Shown: positions 9,913 to 20,743 of the stretch, one piece after another | Layout: each line of letters starts with the position of its first letter | Numbering within the stretch: position 1 is the stretch's first letter | IMG/VR virus record: IMGVR_UViG_3300001598_000033 | Coordinates: 64,001 to 128,000 of that record | Length of the DNA stretch: 64,000 nt | DNA from: a virus | Taxonomy: Duplodnaviria > Caudoviricetes | Direction: 5' to 3' (one strand) | Position numbers and translations under genes: made by a program | The notes under the pieces: model-generated | Seen by the model: the letters and a program-made list of their open reading frames with translations, nothing else | Database searches by the model: none | Told to the model about the DNA's origin: nothing

Positions 9913-11094
9913 ATGGCAACAGATATTAATCAAATTGTTACCGTTGGCTATTTACAAAGCTACGATAAGAAAATCAAGACAGCTTATAAAGACGCAGATA
10001 CTGCATTAGAAACTAAGTTGATGGATGTAATCGGTAAGATCAATTCATTTGAAATTACTATTGTTGAATCATTACCTGTAACTGGTGTAATCGGTACATT
10101 CTATTTAATCAAAGCTGATCCTGGTGAATACAATGGCGCTAACAATGTATACAAAGAATACTTATGGTACATGAAGAAGGAAGCTGATGAATCAGCAGGT
10201 ACTCCAGCTGAATATAGTTGGGAATTAGTAGGTGATACTAAGTTAGATTTGGATGCATTAAAGGCTGACATCACAGATGAAGTTGCTGGTACATATGTTA
10301 AGTCCGTTGATGTTTCTACTGGAGATGCAACTGTAGGTGCAGTAACCACTACTACTTCAACTATTTCTTTCAAGAATGGTGATGGTGATGAAATTGATTC
10401 TGAAACTATCTCCTCTATCACTTCTATCGGTGCTGTAGTAGCTGACGCTAAAGGTGTAACTGGTTATGACGGTTTAATGTCTAAGGAAGACAAGGCAATT
10501 TTGGATTCCTTGAATGACGACATGGGCAACTTCATCCGCACCGAAGATGCGGACGCTAAGTATGTTGCTACAATTGATGCAGGCACTCCTGCAATTGTAG
10601 ATAATGGTGACGGTTCAAAGACTGTTACAACTACTTACACAGCAAAGGCATCTGATGGCACTGAATTAGATACTTTTGATGTACTTGGTACAACTTATGT
10701 AAATGCACAATCAGCAGTTGAAGCAGATCCAGAAAATGGTATCGAAGGCAAAGACGCAGTTGGTGGTTTATTAAGTGCTGAAGACAAAGTTAAAATTGAT
10801 AACATGACAGGCAATGCTGATGCTAAGTACGTTGCAAGTTTAGATATCAGCGCTGGCGTAGGCCCAGCTATTATAAATGGTAATACTTATATAACTACTG
10901 TAACAGTTTCTGCTAAGAACGCCAACGGTGATGAAATCGATTCCGACACATTTGATGTAACCACTTATGGTGAAGCAACACAGGAAGCTGAAGGTTTAAT
11001 GAGTGCGGCTGATAAGATAAAATTAGATGGCTTGAATTTTGCTGATCTTGGTGATGTAGATGATTGGTTTGATGACAACTGGCCTGATGATTAA
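9913..11094 (+). CDS. Fibre-like virion protein with three GL(M/L)S..DK repeats
   Basis: GLMSKEDK, GLLSAEDK, GLMSAADK repeats; IVESLP.TG..G..YL..Y.EYLW..WE.VG module; late promoter upstream. Confidence 0.65.
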   Translation: MATDINQIVTVGYLQSYDKKIKTAYKDADTALETKLMDVIGKINSFEITIVESLPVTGVIGTFYLIKADPGEYNGANNVYKEYLWYMKKEADESAGTPAEYSWELVGDTKLDLDALKADITDEVAGTYVKSVDVSTGDATVGAVTTTTSTISFKNGDGDEIDSETISSITSIGAVVADAKGVTGYDGLMSKEDKAILDSLNDDMGNFIRTEDADAKYVATIDAGTPAIVDNGDGSKTVTTTYTAKASDGTELDTFDVLGTTYVNAQSAVEADPENGIEGKDAVGGLLSAEDKVKIDNMTGNADAKYVASLDISAGVGPAIINGNTYITTVTVSAKNANGDEIDSDTFDVTTYGEATQEAEGLMSAADKIKLDGLNFADLGDVDDWFDDNWPDD

Positions 11095-11181
11095 TGAAAA
11101 TGGTAACCAAACCTTGATTAAATAATTAAAATAAGTGCCTCTAAGAGGTACTTATAAATATATAAAAATTAAGGAAACAAT

Positions 11182-11559
11182 ATGGCTGATATAAGTAATG
11201 CTAATAATGTAGTTAGTAACAATACTCTAAAATATTATGATACTAAAATAAAACAATGGGTATCTGATAAGATTTCAGAAATTCCAGGTATTTCAGGTAC
11301 AGTTACCATAAGTAATGTAGATGTAACTATCAAACCTACTGAATGGGATGCTACAAACCATACTGTTGTTAAGGATATTGGTATTGATGCTAAAAATGAT
11401 ATCATTGTTTCAGTACCAACTAATGATTCGACTAATATACAAAATATTTATGATTGTGGTATATTAGTAAAACAACATACAGGAACCAAAATCACTATTG
11501 AATGGTTATATGCTAAACCTACAACTAATGTAGTATTACATATTACTTCATACTCATAA
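11182..11559 (+). CDS. Fibre-associated protein
   Basis: LKYYDTKIK N-terminal motif like LQSYDKKIK of the previous gene; late promoter near 11153. Confidence 0.5.
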   Translation: MADISNANNVVSNNTLKYYDTKIKQWVSDKISEIPGISGTVTISNVDVTIKPTEWDATNHTVVKDIGIDAKNDIIVSVPTNDSTNIQNIYDCGILVKQHTGTKITIEWLYAKPTTNVVLHITSYS

Positions 11560-11871
11560 TTATAAATTACTAATTACAATTAATTCATTTTTTTAGAAGT
11601 ACATCTTATATAGATATAATCGATATTGGGATTAAGGTAAGCATAAAGTGCTTTGAATATCAATATTATTAAAATCTAAATATTTGTACTTTTTTATTTC
11701 TTTTTCTATTTCATTAATTTTATTATGATCTTTCTTCATTTCCAATTGTTAGACAAATATATCTCATATTAAAACCCCTTTAATACATATTTAATTAATA
11801 TTTTATTTTGCATATAATTAATATATAATATAATTATAAATGAATTATATTTGGATTAGAGGATACTGGAA

Positions 11872-12348
11872 ATGATACAGCAAAGTGAAATGTCCGATAT
11901 TATACAGAAATTCTTATCATCTGTAGATTGCATGGAAGATTTTATAGAATCATTAAACATTGATAATCTAAAGGTGAAGAAAGAAGATATTATAAAGGGT
12001 GAATTATTTAAAGATAACGCACTTCTTAGTAAATTAAGTGTTTTCGGTAGTGGAAACCTAGAAGGTTTTATTATAACATGTAAGGATATTGATATTATAT
12101 TTGTAAGTCCTTGTTATGAGTATATACGTTTATGGCATGCTAGAAACTTTTTTGGATACAAGATTGGGCAAAACCATGAGTGGAAAAATGACAGAAAAAC
12201 AAGATTTTATGTAAATATCTTACCTTATGGTGCTAGAACAAAAAATACAATAGAAGAGTATAATACTTTTAAAAATTATTATGTATGTAATATAGTGGAG
12301 AAAAGTGAACAATTAAATAATTGGTTAAAAGCATTATATTGTTCTTAA
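11872..12348 (+). CDS. Hypothetical protein
   Basis: 158-aa ORF with GAGGA RBS. Confidence 0.55.
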   Translation: MIQQSEMSDIIQKFLSSVDCMEDFIESLNIDNLKVKKEDIIKGELFKDNALLSKLSVFGSGNLEGFIITCKDIDIIFVSPCYEYIRLWHARNFFGYKIGQNHEWKNDRKTRFYVNILPYGARTKNTIEEYNTFKNYYVCNIVEKSEQLNNWLKALYCS

Positions 12349-12396
12349 TATACAATATCCTTATATTATAAATATAAAAATATAAGGATTTTTTTT

Positions 12397-13515
12397 ATGA
12401 CTGAATTAACTACATATGTATATCCATATGATTTAAATAACTCTAGCAATTCTAATAAAGCTGTTACATTTATGGCTATTAAGTCATTACAAGCTCATAA
12501 AGACGGTGGTGGCTTTTTAAACTATGAAGCTATATCTGAGGGTGAAGTTGAATCCATAATTTATTTGCCTACACCAACGAACTTAACAGATAATCAATCT
12601 CATGCATGGTCACAAGAAACTACTATAAGTGCATTTGAAAAAATAACCCAAGGTATTGGTTCAACCGCAAACGCGACTGGCTCTGGGTTTTCATTGCTAG
12701 GTAATGCAACTGGTGCAAAACTTTCAGCTTTATTTAGTGCTGGAGCTAATCTTACTGCAGGTACTGTTGGTATAGCTTCAAATATAGGTAAAGCTCCAGT
12801 AATCGGATTAATATCATTAATGGCAGGTGGTAGAAAAGCTTTAGTAAATCCAGGTTATTTCCAAAACTACGCGAACTCAACACCAAGAACATTTGAATTT
12901 TCATATACATTCTATTCCAGAAATAGAGATGAAGCTTTAACTGTACTTAATATAATAAGATCATTTAAGATGTATAGTTCTCCAACAGGTAATGTAGATC
13001 TTGATAAGGATGTGATAGCGCATGGTAATACAAATGACAATACAAGTACAGATAATCCTGCTGGAGTTGAAGCAGACACAAAGCCTCTACAAAGTGTAGA
13101 TGACACTATATCAACAAAGGTAGGTAAAGCGGTTGATAGTACTGTTAAAAAGATATCAGAAGTGTTTGGGTATATGGGTCAGCCAAATTACTGGAAAATA
13201 TCATTTAGTAACAGTTATATAGATCGATTACTTAAATTGGATTATGTGGTTTGCACTAATGTTGGTGTTACATATGGTAATGGTTCTAAATTAGAAATGT
13301 ATAGTGATGGGATTCCTAAAGTGATTACGCTTACATTGAGTTTTGCAGAAGTTAAGCTGAAAATGAGAGAGGATTTTAGTACTGAATTTAGGAGTTCCGA
13401 TAAAAATGTGAATGAAAACTATAATAATTATAATAGAAATTTAGTAACTAATGACAATAATAAACAACTAACAGATGCTAAAACTGGTGCTTCTGAAAAA
13501 ACCTTAAAGAGCTAA
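12397..13515 (+). CDS. gp48: Baseplate tail-tube cap (gp48-like)
   Basis: LP.P..L.D....W, NP......RTFEFSY.F..RN..EA..V..II..FK...P, L.FAE motifs. Confidence 0.8.
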   Translation: MTELTTYVYPYDLNNSSNSNKAVTFMAIKSLQAHKDGGGFLNYEAISEGEVESIIYLPTPTNLTDNQSHAWSQETTISAFEKITQGIGSTANATGSGFSLLGNATGAKLSALFSAGANLTAGTVGIASNIGKAPVIGLISLMAGGRKALVNPGYFQNYANSTPRTFEFSYTFYSRNRDEALTVLNIIRSFKMYSSPTGNVDLDKDVIAHGNTNDNTSTDNPAGVEADTKPLQSVDDTISTKVGKAVDSTVKKISEVFGYMGQPNYWKISFSNSYIDRLLKLDYVVCTNVGVTYGNGSKLEMYSDGIPKVITLTLSFAEVKLKMREDFSTEFRSSDKNVNENYNNYNRNLVTNDNNKQLTDAKTGASEKTLKS

Positions 13516-13526
13516 AGGGATAATAT

Positions 13527-14045
13527 ATGCGAAATATAATAGATTATAATGATTTTAAGATGCAAGGATCAACATATAATTTTAGTATTACTGATTATAC
13601 ATCCTCTGGTTTAAATAAAATAAGAATGTATTTAAATACCTTGGATAATTCATACTTCGTATATCTTAAAGTAGAAGAAAACACAAAAATAGAAAAAGTA
13701 TGTTATGATTATTATAATAATACAGATTATTATGATTTGACCCTTTTATTAAATAATAGAGAAATGGTTTATGATATGCCATATTCTTATGATATTGTCT
13801 TAGAAGCAATTGAAAAGGATATAGATCGTTATAGAAGTAAAGTATTTAAAAATACATTTGAAAAATTTTCAGATATGGCTTATAACGATTTGGAAAATAG
13901 TTTATCTGAAAAATATAATAAGAATAATTCTAAATTTTTATATATAAAAGCTATTAAAATAAATTTAATTCCTATTGTCTTGAGTGAAATATATAAACTA
14001 ACAACAGAATACAGAGATAATATAAATCTCGTTAATATGGAATAA
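13527..14045 (+). CDS. gp53: Baseplate wedge subunit (gp53-like)
   Basis: EK..YDYY....YY.L.LLLN...YD.P LysM-like motif; follows gp48. Confidence 0.7.
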   Translation: MRNIIDYNDFKMQGSTYNFSITDYTSSGLNKIRMYLNTLDNSYFVYLKVEENTKIEKVCYDYYNNTDYYDLTLLLNNREMVYDMPYSYDIVLEAIEKDIDRYRSKVFKNTFEKFSDMAYNDLENSLSEKYNKNNSKFLYIKAIKINLIPIVLSEIYKLTTEYRDNINLVNME

Positions 14046-14058
14046 ATGGAGAAATTGT

Positions 14059-16011
14059 GTGTCTACCTCTACTATACAAAGTTTAAAATTTGCGAAACCA
14101 GCAACTGTTCAAATTATATTTGATAAAAAAGAACTTAATTTTAACGAGGCTAATACTGGTGAATACATTTCATCTTTAGAAATATCATCGTCATTTACAA
14201 GACCTGTTTTAATGGCTATAATTAAAATTCAAAAATTAGCAATTGAAAAATTAAAATTAGATGATATTAACAAACAATTTAATAAAAGCACAGTAAAAAT
14301 TACGATAACCCAAAGAGATTCTAGATACTCATTTACTAAAAGATTTATTGTGGATGAAGTTGTTAACCCGTCTGTGAATAGTTCTCAAGGTGGCGATTAT
14401 ATTCTTAAATGTTTAGATGTATATGGATATAGTATATGCAACGATATTTTTCAATATAAAGATGGGTTATATGAAGGAACTCCAATTAATAATGTTGTTT
14501 CTTATATTAATAATATATTTAGTTCTATAAAAGAAAAATATAAGGATGATACTCCAATTACTGTTAATCACTTAAGTGGTTATGAATACCCTGTGAGTGA
14601 ATTACCTGAAAGTTACAGAAAAGAGGTGCAAAATTCAAGCAAAATCCAGGTTATTAACGCTTCTCCACTAGTAACACTAAGAGAGTATTGCATGAAATAC
14701 AACATTAGAATTTGGCAGGATTATAATGGTTTAAATATAGTTCAAAACCCTAAGTTATCCAAGTTTCCTAAATTTGGGTATTATTTATCTGATAGATGCG
14801 AGTCTAATAGTCCTTATTATATTTGTGATTATAAGATTATGCCAAATAATACAAATGGTAATACAGGACTTTCAAAGAAACTTAAACGTGTATCTGTAAC
14901 TGAAGGTAAAAATAATACATCTAAACAACTTGATATGAATATGTTATTAGAATCGCTTTGCATTAATGATAATAACGAATCATACACTAAATGTTTACCT
15001 TCTGAAGTATCTGACACACAAGGTAATTCTAATACCACGAATTGTAGTTTAACATTTGAGGAGTTTTACAGGGCTTTAGCTACAAAGACGCTATATGTAT
15101 GTTTAAGCGGGGATATGGGTGAATTATACCCAGGTAAATTAGTAGATCTGAATATGATGTATAACCATGAGGATCCTTATAAACAATATCAAGGTGATAT
15201 AGAAATAAGTAAGACTTGGTTTATTACTGGTAGTACGTACAAAGTCATTTTAGGAAATGATGGTAAATGTTTTTGTAGATTGATCCTTAATAGATTCGAT
15301 GATCCTAAGGATATTACAAGTAAAGAAGATACAAGCATATATAAAAGTATACAGAATAAGGTAAGTAGTGATATTAGCCTTACTGGGTTATTTAATGATA
15401 TTGAAGCATCATTTAAAAACGCTATTAATGATTTAAAAAATTCTGTTAATAGTCTCAAAAATATATTAGCTAATATAAAGGGTCAATTGAAAAATTGGGC
15501 TTTAGGAAATGTTAGCGATTTGCTTAATAATATTAAAGAAATTAAAGAAAATCTTAAGAAATTTGATGACGCATTAAATAAAGCAAAAGAAGATGCTAGA
15601 CAAGCTGAAATTAGATATAATAATTCCACTTATGGTAAAGATCTTGTATCCTCAATTGATTCTGAGTTTGGTGGATTGGATTTAGATGATTTATTTAGTA
15701 GTTATTATGAGGATTTAGAAAATAGAGGGTTAAGTGATCGATTAAAAGAATTTAAAGTTGTATTTGATTTATCCAATAAAGATTTGTCAGATTTTCAATT
15801 AAGTGTTAAAAAATTATTTGATAGTTATAATTATAATAATATTAATATAAAAAGTTTAGATAATTCATCTACTTCTATTTCAACACATAATGACTATATT
15901 GACTATATTGATTCTAATATCAAAACAAAATCCGAATTAAATAATATAAGGGAAAAACAATTACAAAAAATTCGAGAAAGACAAGGTATTCACGAAACCT
16001 ATACAGTATAA
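14059..16011 (+). CDS. Baseplate hub protein (gp27-like) with C-terminal coiled coil
   Basis: Position between gp53 and gp5; IWQDY.G and GD...YPG..V...W.I motifs. Confidence 0.55.
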   Translation: MSTSTIQSLKFAKPATVQIIFDKKELNFNEANTGEYISSLEISSSFTRPVLMAIIKIQKLAIEKLKLDDINKQFNKSTVKITITQRDSRYSFTKRFIVDEVVNPSVNSSQGGDYILKCLDVYGYSICNDIFQYKDGLYEGTPINNVVSYINNIFSSIKEKYKDDTPITVNHLSGYEYPVSELPESYRKEVQNSSKIQVINASPLVTLREYCMKYNIRIWQDYNGLNIVQNPKLSKFPKFGYYLSDRCESNSPYYICDYKIMPNNTNGNTGLSKKLKRVSVTEGKNNTSKQLDMNMLLESLCINDNNESYTKCLPSEVSDTQGNSNTTNCSLTFEEFYRALATKTLYVCLSGDMGELYPGKLVDLNMMYNHEDPYKQYQGDIEISKTWFITGSTYKVILGNDGKCFCRLILNRFDDPKDITSKEDTSIYKSIQNKVSSDISLTGLFNDIEASFKNAINDLKNSVNSLKNILANIKGQLKNWALGNVSDLLNNIKEIKENLKKFDDALNKAKEDARQAEIRYNNSTYGKDLVSSIDSEFGGLDLDDLFSSYYEDLENRGLSDRLKEFKVVFDLSNKDLSDFQLSVKKLFDSYNYNNINIKSLDNSSTSISTHNDYIDYIDSNIKTKSELNNIREKQLQKIRERQGIHETYTV

Positions 16012-16020
16012 GGATTTAAA

Positions 16021-18024
16021 ATGCAAATCGAAGATGGTTTTTATAAAGGTGTTGTGATTGACAACAATGATGAATTTAGAAGGGGTAGAGTTCAGGTAAG
16101 GATAGAAGGATTACATGAAGGCTTCAAAGATGATAATATAAAATGGGCTGAGGTAATCCAACCTACATTTATGGGTATTTTGGGAGGTACTGGTGCTTGT
16201 TCTGTTTTAAGAATTGGTACTGGTGTATGGATTAAATTTGATAAGGATTTTGACCACCCAGTAGTAGTAGGTGTATTAGTAGGTGGTACTGAAGATCATA
16301 CTAACTTATATGATTCCGAATTACCTATTGGCAATAGAGATGGTGCTGATTGGGGTACTGAGGCAATCCCTAAAAATTGTGATTTTAGATACGGAAGTCT
16401 ACTCAAAGCCCGTAATCATATTAACACCGTACATAAAGGTAAATACCTAACAACTACTACATTCGAGACACCATGTGGGCATTTAATAGAATTAGATGAC
16501 ACACCTAATACTCCAGCAATAAGAATTACACATAGCTCAGGATTATCTCAAATTACTTTGAATGAAGATGGTTCAATTTGTATATTGAGTCATACAGTGA
16601 ATGTAACCAGTGCTCAAAAAATGACATTCGAATCACTTGGAGACATAAGTATGGAGGCAAAGGGAAGTATTTATGTAAAATCCGGGCAGAAGACTGCAAT
16701 TCAAGCTGGTAATGGTGTAAATGTAAAATCTGATAATGAAGTATTAATTAATAGTAAAAATAATATTAGTATGCAGAGTACTGATGGTGATTTATCTATG
16801 AATATAGATAAAGGGTGTTTAGTTGCAACATCAAAGGATACAATGAACCTTGAATCTAAAAATAAGGTTGTTATAACTGGATCCCAAGAAACTAAAATCC
16901 AAGGTGGGCAAGGTTCTGTTACTTTATCTAATTCTACAACAGTATCCTCAAGTGGTGGTAAAGTAGCAATCCAAGGTAATGCATGTGCTATTAATACCAA
17001 ATTAGATGTAGCGAATGGGGTTAGTACTAATGGTATGGTTACTGGAATGTTTATGTTAGCAAAGGATTTCTTACCTTGTATTATGCTAAGCCCACCATCT
17101 ACAAGTTTAATGGAATCATATAATACTGAAATGCAGAACAGAGTCCAAACTATAAATGAATCAATAGAAGAAACAAGAAATATAAAAGACTTTAATATTA
17201 AGATTAATAATATAAAGAATATTAAAAATAAAATAGATGAATTAGATGATGATTTCCAAAAAGTTAAAAATGATATTCATAAATCAGTTTTAGAGGATTT
17301 TATTAGACAGCATAAGGAATCATTTGAAGGTATTGATGAAAATGAAATTCAAATGTTATGCGAATCTACTACTCGAGCAATGTCTAATATTGGAGGATTA
17401 TCAGTTACTAATAGAAGCCCTGATGGTTCTAAAAAGATAGTGGAAAAGAATGATTGTACATGCGATTGGCTAAGCCCTGGTTCATGGTTTGAAATTGATG
17501 GTATTGATGAATTTACTGTTGATAGATTTAGTAAGATTTTGGAATATGATATTAAATTACCTGATTTAGCTGATTTATTTCCACCTACACCTCAATTCTC
17601 ATTAATGGCTGTGGTTAAGATTATTATGAAGATTGCAGGAATGAAGATAATTAAATTATTAAGTGCATTTAAACGAATGGTAATGCAATACATAAAACCC
17701 GTTATAGATGCAATTAACAATACAATAGCTATTATCAACGCAATCCCGCCTAAGATAGATTTTAATTTAGATTTGGGTACTTTATTAGGTAATCCGTTGT
17801 TTAATTTCCCTGAATTACCTGATTCCTCATTGCCTAATATTTGTTGTTCTGTAAACGAATGTACTTGTAGTGATTGTGCTGAGAATGTGGATAGTTGGCA
17901 AAAAGAAGCTGAAAAATGGGTTGAAGAAAACATACCTAAAGGTGAAATACCCGATGTTAGTGGGAATATTAAAAACAACTTACCTAGTGGATATAAAAAG
18001 GAATATACCAACAAATCAAATTAA
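16021..18024 (+). CDS. gp5: Baseplate central spike (gp5-like), no lysozyme domain
   Basis: G.V.DN.D....GRVQVRI.G.H OB-fold, T..GH.IE.DDTP, beta-helix repeats. Confidence 0.85.
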   Translation: MQIEDGFYKGVVIDNNDEFRRGRVQVRIEGLHEGFKDDNIKWAEVIQPTFMGILGGTGACSVLRIGTGVWIKFDKDFDHPVVVGVLVGGTEDHTNLYDSELPIGNRDGADWGTEAIPKNCDFRYGSLLKARNHINTVHKGKYLTTTTFETPCGHLIELDDTPNTPAIRITHSSGLSQITLNEDGSICILSHTVNVTSAQKMTFESLGDISMEAKGSIYVKSGQKTAIQAGNGVNVKSDNEVLINSKNNISMQSTDGDLSMNIDKGCLVATSKDTMNLESKNKVVITGSQETKIQGGQGSVTLSNSTTVSSSGGKVAIQGNACAINTKLDVANGVSTNGMVTGMFMLAKDFLPCIMLSPPSTSLMESYNTEMQNRVQTINESIEETRNIKDFNIKINNIKNIKNKIDELDDDFQKVKNDIHKSVLEDFIRQHKESFEGIDENEIQMLCESTTRAMSNIGGLSVTNRSPDGSKKIVEKNDCTCDWLSPGSWFEIDGIDEFTVDRFSKILEYDIKLPDLADLFPPTPQFSLMAVVKIIMKIAGMKIIKLLSAFKRMVMQYIKPVIDAINNTIAIINAIPPKIDFNLDLGTLLGNPLFNFPELPDSSLPNICCSVNECTCSDCAENVDSWQKEAEKWVEENIPKGEIPDVSGNIKNNLPSGYKKEYTNKSN

Positions 18025-18118
18025 AAAAAAATAAGTAAAATAATAGGTAATGAAAAATTTTTTATTTTATTTAATATAATATATAATATAAAATATAAAA
18101 TAATTAAGGTAATGAAAA

Positions 18119-20743
18119 ATGTATAAAATAACTGTTTTTAATTCTCAAAAGACTCAAGGAAAAAGACCTATAAGTCCATATGGCGATGAAACATTTGATT
18201 TTAGAACAATCGAAGTTTCAGAACCTATGGATTTATACAGAATCTTAAGTAAAGAGTTTATTCTAAATATTTCATTGGATTTAAGTGAAACAAAGCGATT
18301 AAGAAGACGTAAGCAAGACTTGGAGCAGTATTACCCTTCAACTACAAATTATGTCATTATTGACGTGGATCATGTTAATTCTAAAGAAAATCAGATTAAA
18401 ATACTTAATTATTTTAAGAATTATAAATGTATTCTGGGTGAATCCCGTAGTTGTAATAATATAGATAACTTTAATTTAAAAGGTTTCTTATTTTTAAAAC
18501 CTATTGAAATCTCTAAATTAAGACCATTATTAGAACAATTACACGATGATTTAATGGAGTATGGAGATATTGATTTAAGTCCATCTCACAAAGCAAAATT
18601 AAATGCTCCTATGAATAAAGTATCCGTTCTATTAGAATCTAATATGAATGAGTACGAATTCATATTAAGACTTAAAAATGTTGATAAAAAAGCATTTAAT
18701 AATTTAATTGATCTAAATGATCTAAAAAGTATTCCTAAGGATATTGATTTAACTAATATAGATAGTATTGATAAATTATGCCTTAAGGTATTTGAATCAT
18801 TAGGATTTGAAGCTTTAAAAGCTAACGGTAATTGTATTATTTTTAAACATGATTCAGAAACTAAAAGTCCGGGTGGATTTTATTGGTTTAAAGATAATCC
18901 TTATGTTATGAACCACTATAACGAATTAAGAAGCATTAACTTATTCGAGCAAATAGTGAAAATGCCAGAAGCAAAGGAATTACTAAAGAAACAAATAAAT
19001 TATGATAATGAATTATTAAAATATAATACTAATACTAATTTAATAAGTGTAAATTTGCCTTACCTTACAATTACAGATGAAATTAAAAGTCATATAGATA
19101 CATTTTTAGCAAAGAATGATGGATTATTTAGTATTAAAAGCCCTATGGGTACTGCAAAATCAATTATAATAGATGAAATTATTAGACAAGCTAAATGTAA
19201 TGATTTGAGGATAATGATATGTTCTAATAGAATTTCAGTTGCGCAAGATTTTAGTAAGAAATATGGTATTAAGTTATATAATAGGGATCAATATAATCCA
19301 GGTGATTCTCTGATCGTACAGTATGACAGTTTATGGAAATACAATATAAGATTATTTGATGTTATTATATTGGATGAATTTGTATCAGTAATGCTACATG
19401 CTAGAAATAACTTAACTAATTCCTGTATTAACTTATCTAAATTATTTGCTTGTTTAAGGAAGAAATTAGTTATTGCAGATGCATTCTTAACAGGTTATGA
19501 AAATAATTTATTAAGTTTTAAGAAAGACAATGTATATATGATACAAAATGATTACAGAGATGATACTAAACTATATGAGTACGAAAATTTTAATTGTTTT
19601 ATACAAAGCGTACTAATACATTGTAAAAAGTATAAAGCAACTATTAGTTGTACATCTTTAGTAACTATTAAAGCACTTAAAAAATTATTGGAGAAACATG
19701 GGTTAAAGGTAATAACATTAACATCAGAAACACCTCAAATAACTAAGGATTTAATATATAAATTATTTGAAAATGATGAAAATAATAAGTACGATGTACT
19801 TATATATAGCCCTACATTAACTGTTGGAGTATCAAATTTAAATGATGTGGATATCCATTTCCATTATGATACATCCAATACTTGTGACGCTATTAGTTCA
19901 TTGCAAATGATTAAAAGAACAAGAAGAGCCAAAGAGATACATTATTTTATTAAAAATACTATTAATTATAATTTAAAAACATCTTTTAATGAAATAAAAT
20001 CAGAATATATGAAGAATGTTGGCAAACAAATAGAATTAAACTTTTTATTTGAGTTAAATGATTATGGTGAGCCTAAATTAAGTAAATTGGGAAAAGGTGC
20101 TATATTTATTGATTTATTTAGAAATATATTAGAGTTTAATCATAAAAATTCATTTATATATTTATTACAATATCAATTTAAGAATAAACCAGAATTAGTG
20201 TCAAAGAGATATGAAAGTAATGTATTATTACCATACATAAAAGAAGTGAAAGATGACATTAAAATGGAAAATAAGGAATTGGTAGATGAGTATATATTAT
20301 TATCTGGAGATGACATGGATATATCTAAATTTGAAAATAATAATATGTTCGATATATTATTTGACTTAGAAAAGTATATTATTAAAGATATTCCATTGGA
20401 TATTAAAAAGGAAATATTATATAAGGAAATTGAACATAGAGGATTTATTGATAAATGTAAACGATATAATATAATAAGTGAATATTCAAGAACAATGGAT
20501 AAACAACCTATACAAATTGAAATTTCTAACGATATATTAAATGATATCCAAAAAGTAAGTTTTTGGAATGATGTATTGAAGGTTGTGCAAATCCCATTAG
20601 AAGATGAATATAAAATTAAGGATGTGCCATCAAATCTAAAGAAAATATTAGATGAATGTGGATATAAAAAGCTTTCAAAAAATTGTGAAAGATATTATGG
20701 AGTTGAGAAAGAAGTAATGGAATATAAGGATTATATATGCTAA
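18119..20743 (+). CDS. UL9/origin-binding-protein-like SF2 helicase
   Basis: IKSPMGTAKS, IILDEFVS, IADAF, YSPTLTVGVS, LQM..R.R motifs. Confidence 0.7.
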   Translation: MYKITVFNSQKTQGKRPISPYGDETFDFRTIEVSEPMDLYRILSKEFILNISLDLSETKRLRRRKQDLEQYYPSTTNYVIIDVDHVNSKENQIKILNYFKNYKCILGESRSCNNIDNFNLKGFLFLKPIEISKLRPLLEQLHDDLMEYGDIDLSPSHKAKLNAPMNKVSVLLESNMNEYEFILRLKNVDKKAFNNLIDLNDLKSIPKDIDLTNIDSIDKLCLKVFESLGFEALKANGNCIIFKHDSETKSPGGFYWFKDNPYVMNHYNELRSINLFEQIVKMPEAKELLKKQINYDNELLKYNTNTNLISVNLPYLTITDEIKSHIDTFLAKNDGLFSIKSPMGTAKSIIIDEIIRQAKCNDLRIMICSNRISVAQDFSKKYGIKLYNRDQYNPGDSLIVQYDSLWKYNIRLFDVIILDEFVSVMLHARNNLTNSCINLSKLFACLRKKLVIADAFLTGYENNLLSFKKDNVYMIQNDYRDDTKLYEYENFNCFIQSVLIHCKKYKATISCTSLVTIKALKKLLEKHGLKVITLTSETPQITKDLIYKLFENDENNKYDVLIYSPTLTVGVSNLNDVDIHFHYDTSNTCDAISSLQMIKRTRRAKEIHYFIKNTINYNLKTSFNEIKSEYMKNVGKQIELNFLFELNDYGEPKLSKLGKGAIFIDLFRNILEFNHKNSFIYLLQYQFKNKPELVSKRYESNVLLPYIKEVKDDIKMENKELVDEYILLSGDDMDISKFENNNMFDILFDLEKYIIKDIPLDIKKEILYKEIEHRGFIDKCKRYNIISEYSRTMDKQPIQIEISNDILNDIQKVSFWNDVLKVVQIPLEDEYKIKDVPSNLKKILDECGYKKLSKNCERYYGVEKEVMEYKDYIC

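Noticed and set aside
11560-11790. Short minus-strand ORF fragments after an AAGGGG RBS
   Set aside because: Only 14-23 codons and interrupted by stops; possibly a decayed gene but unsupported
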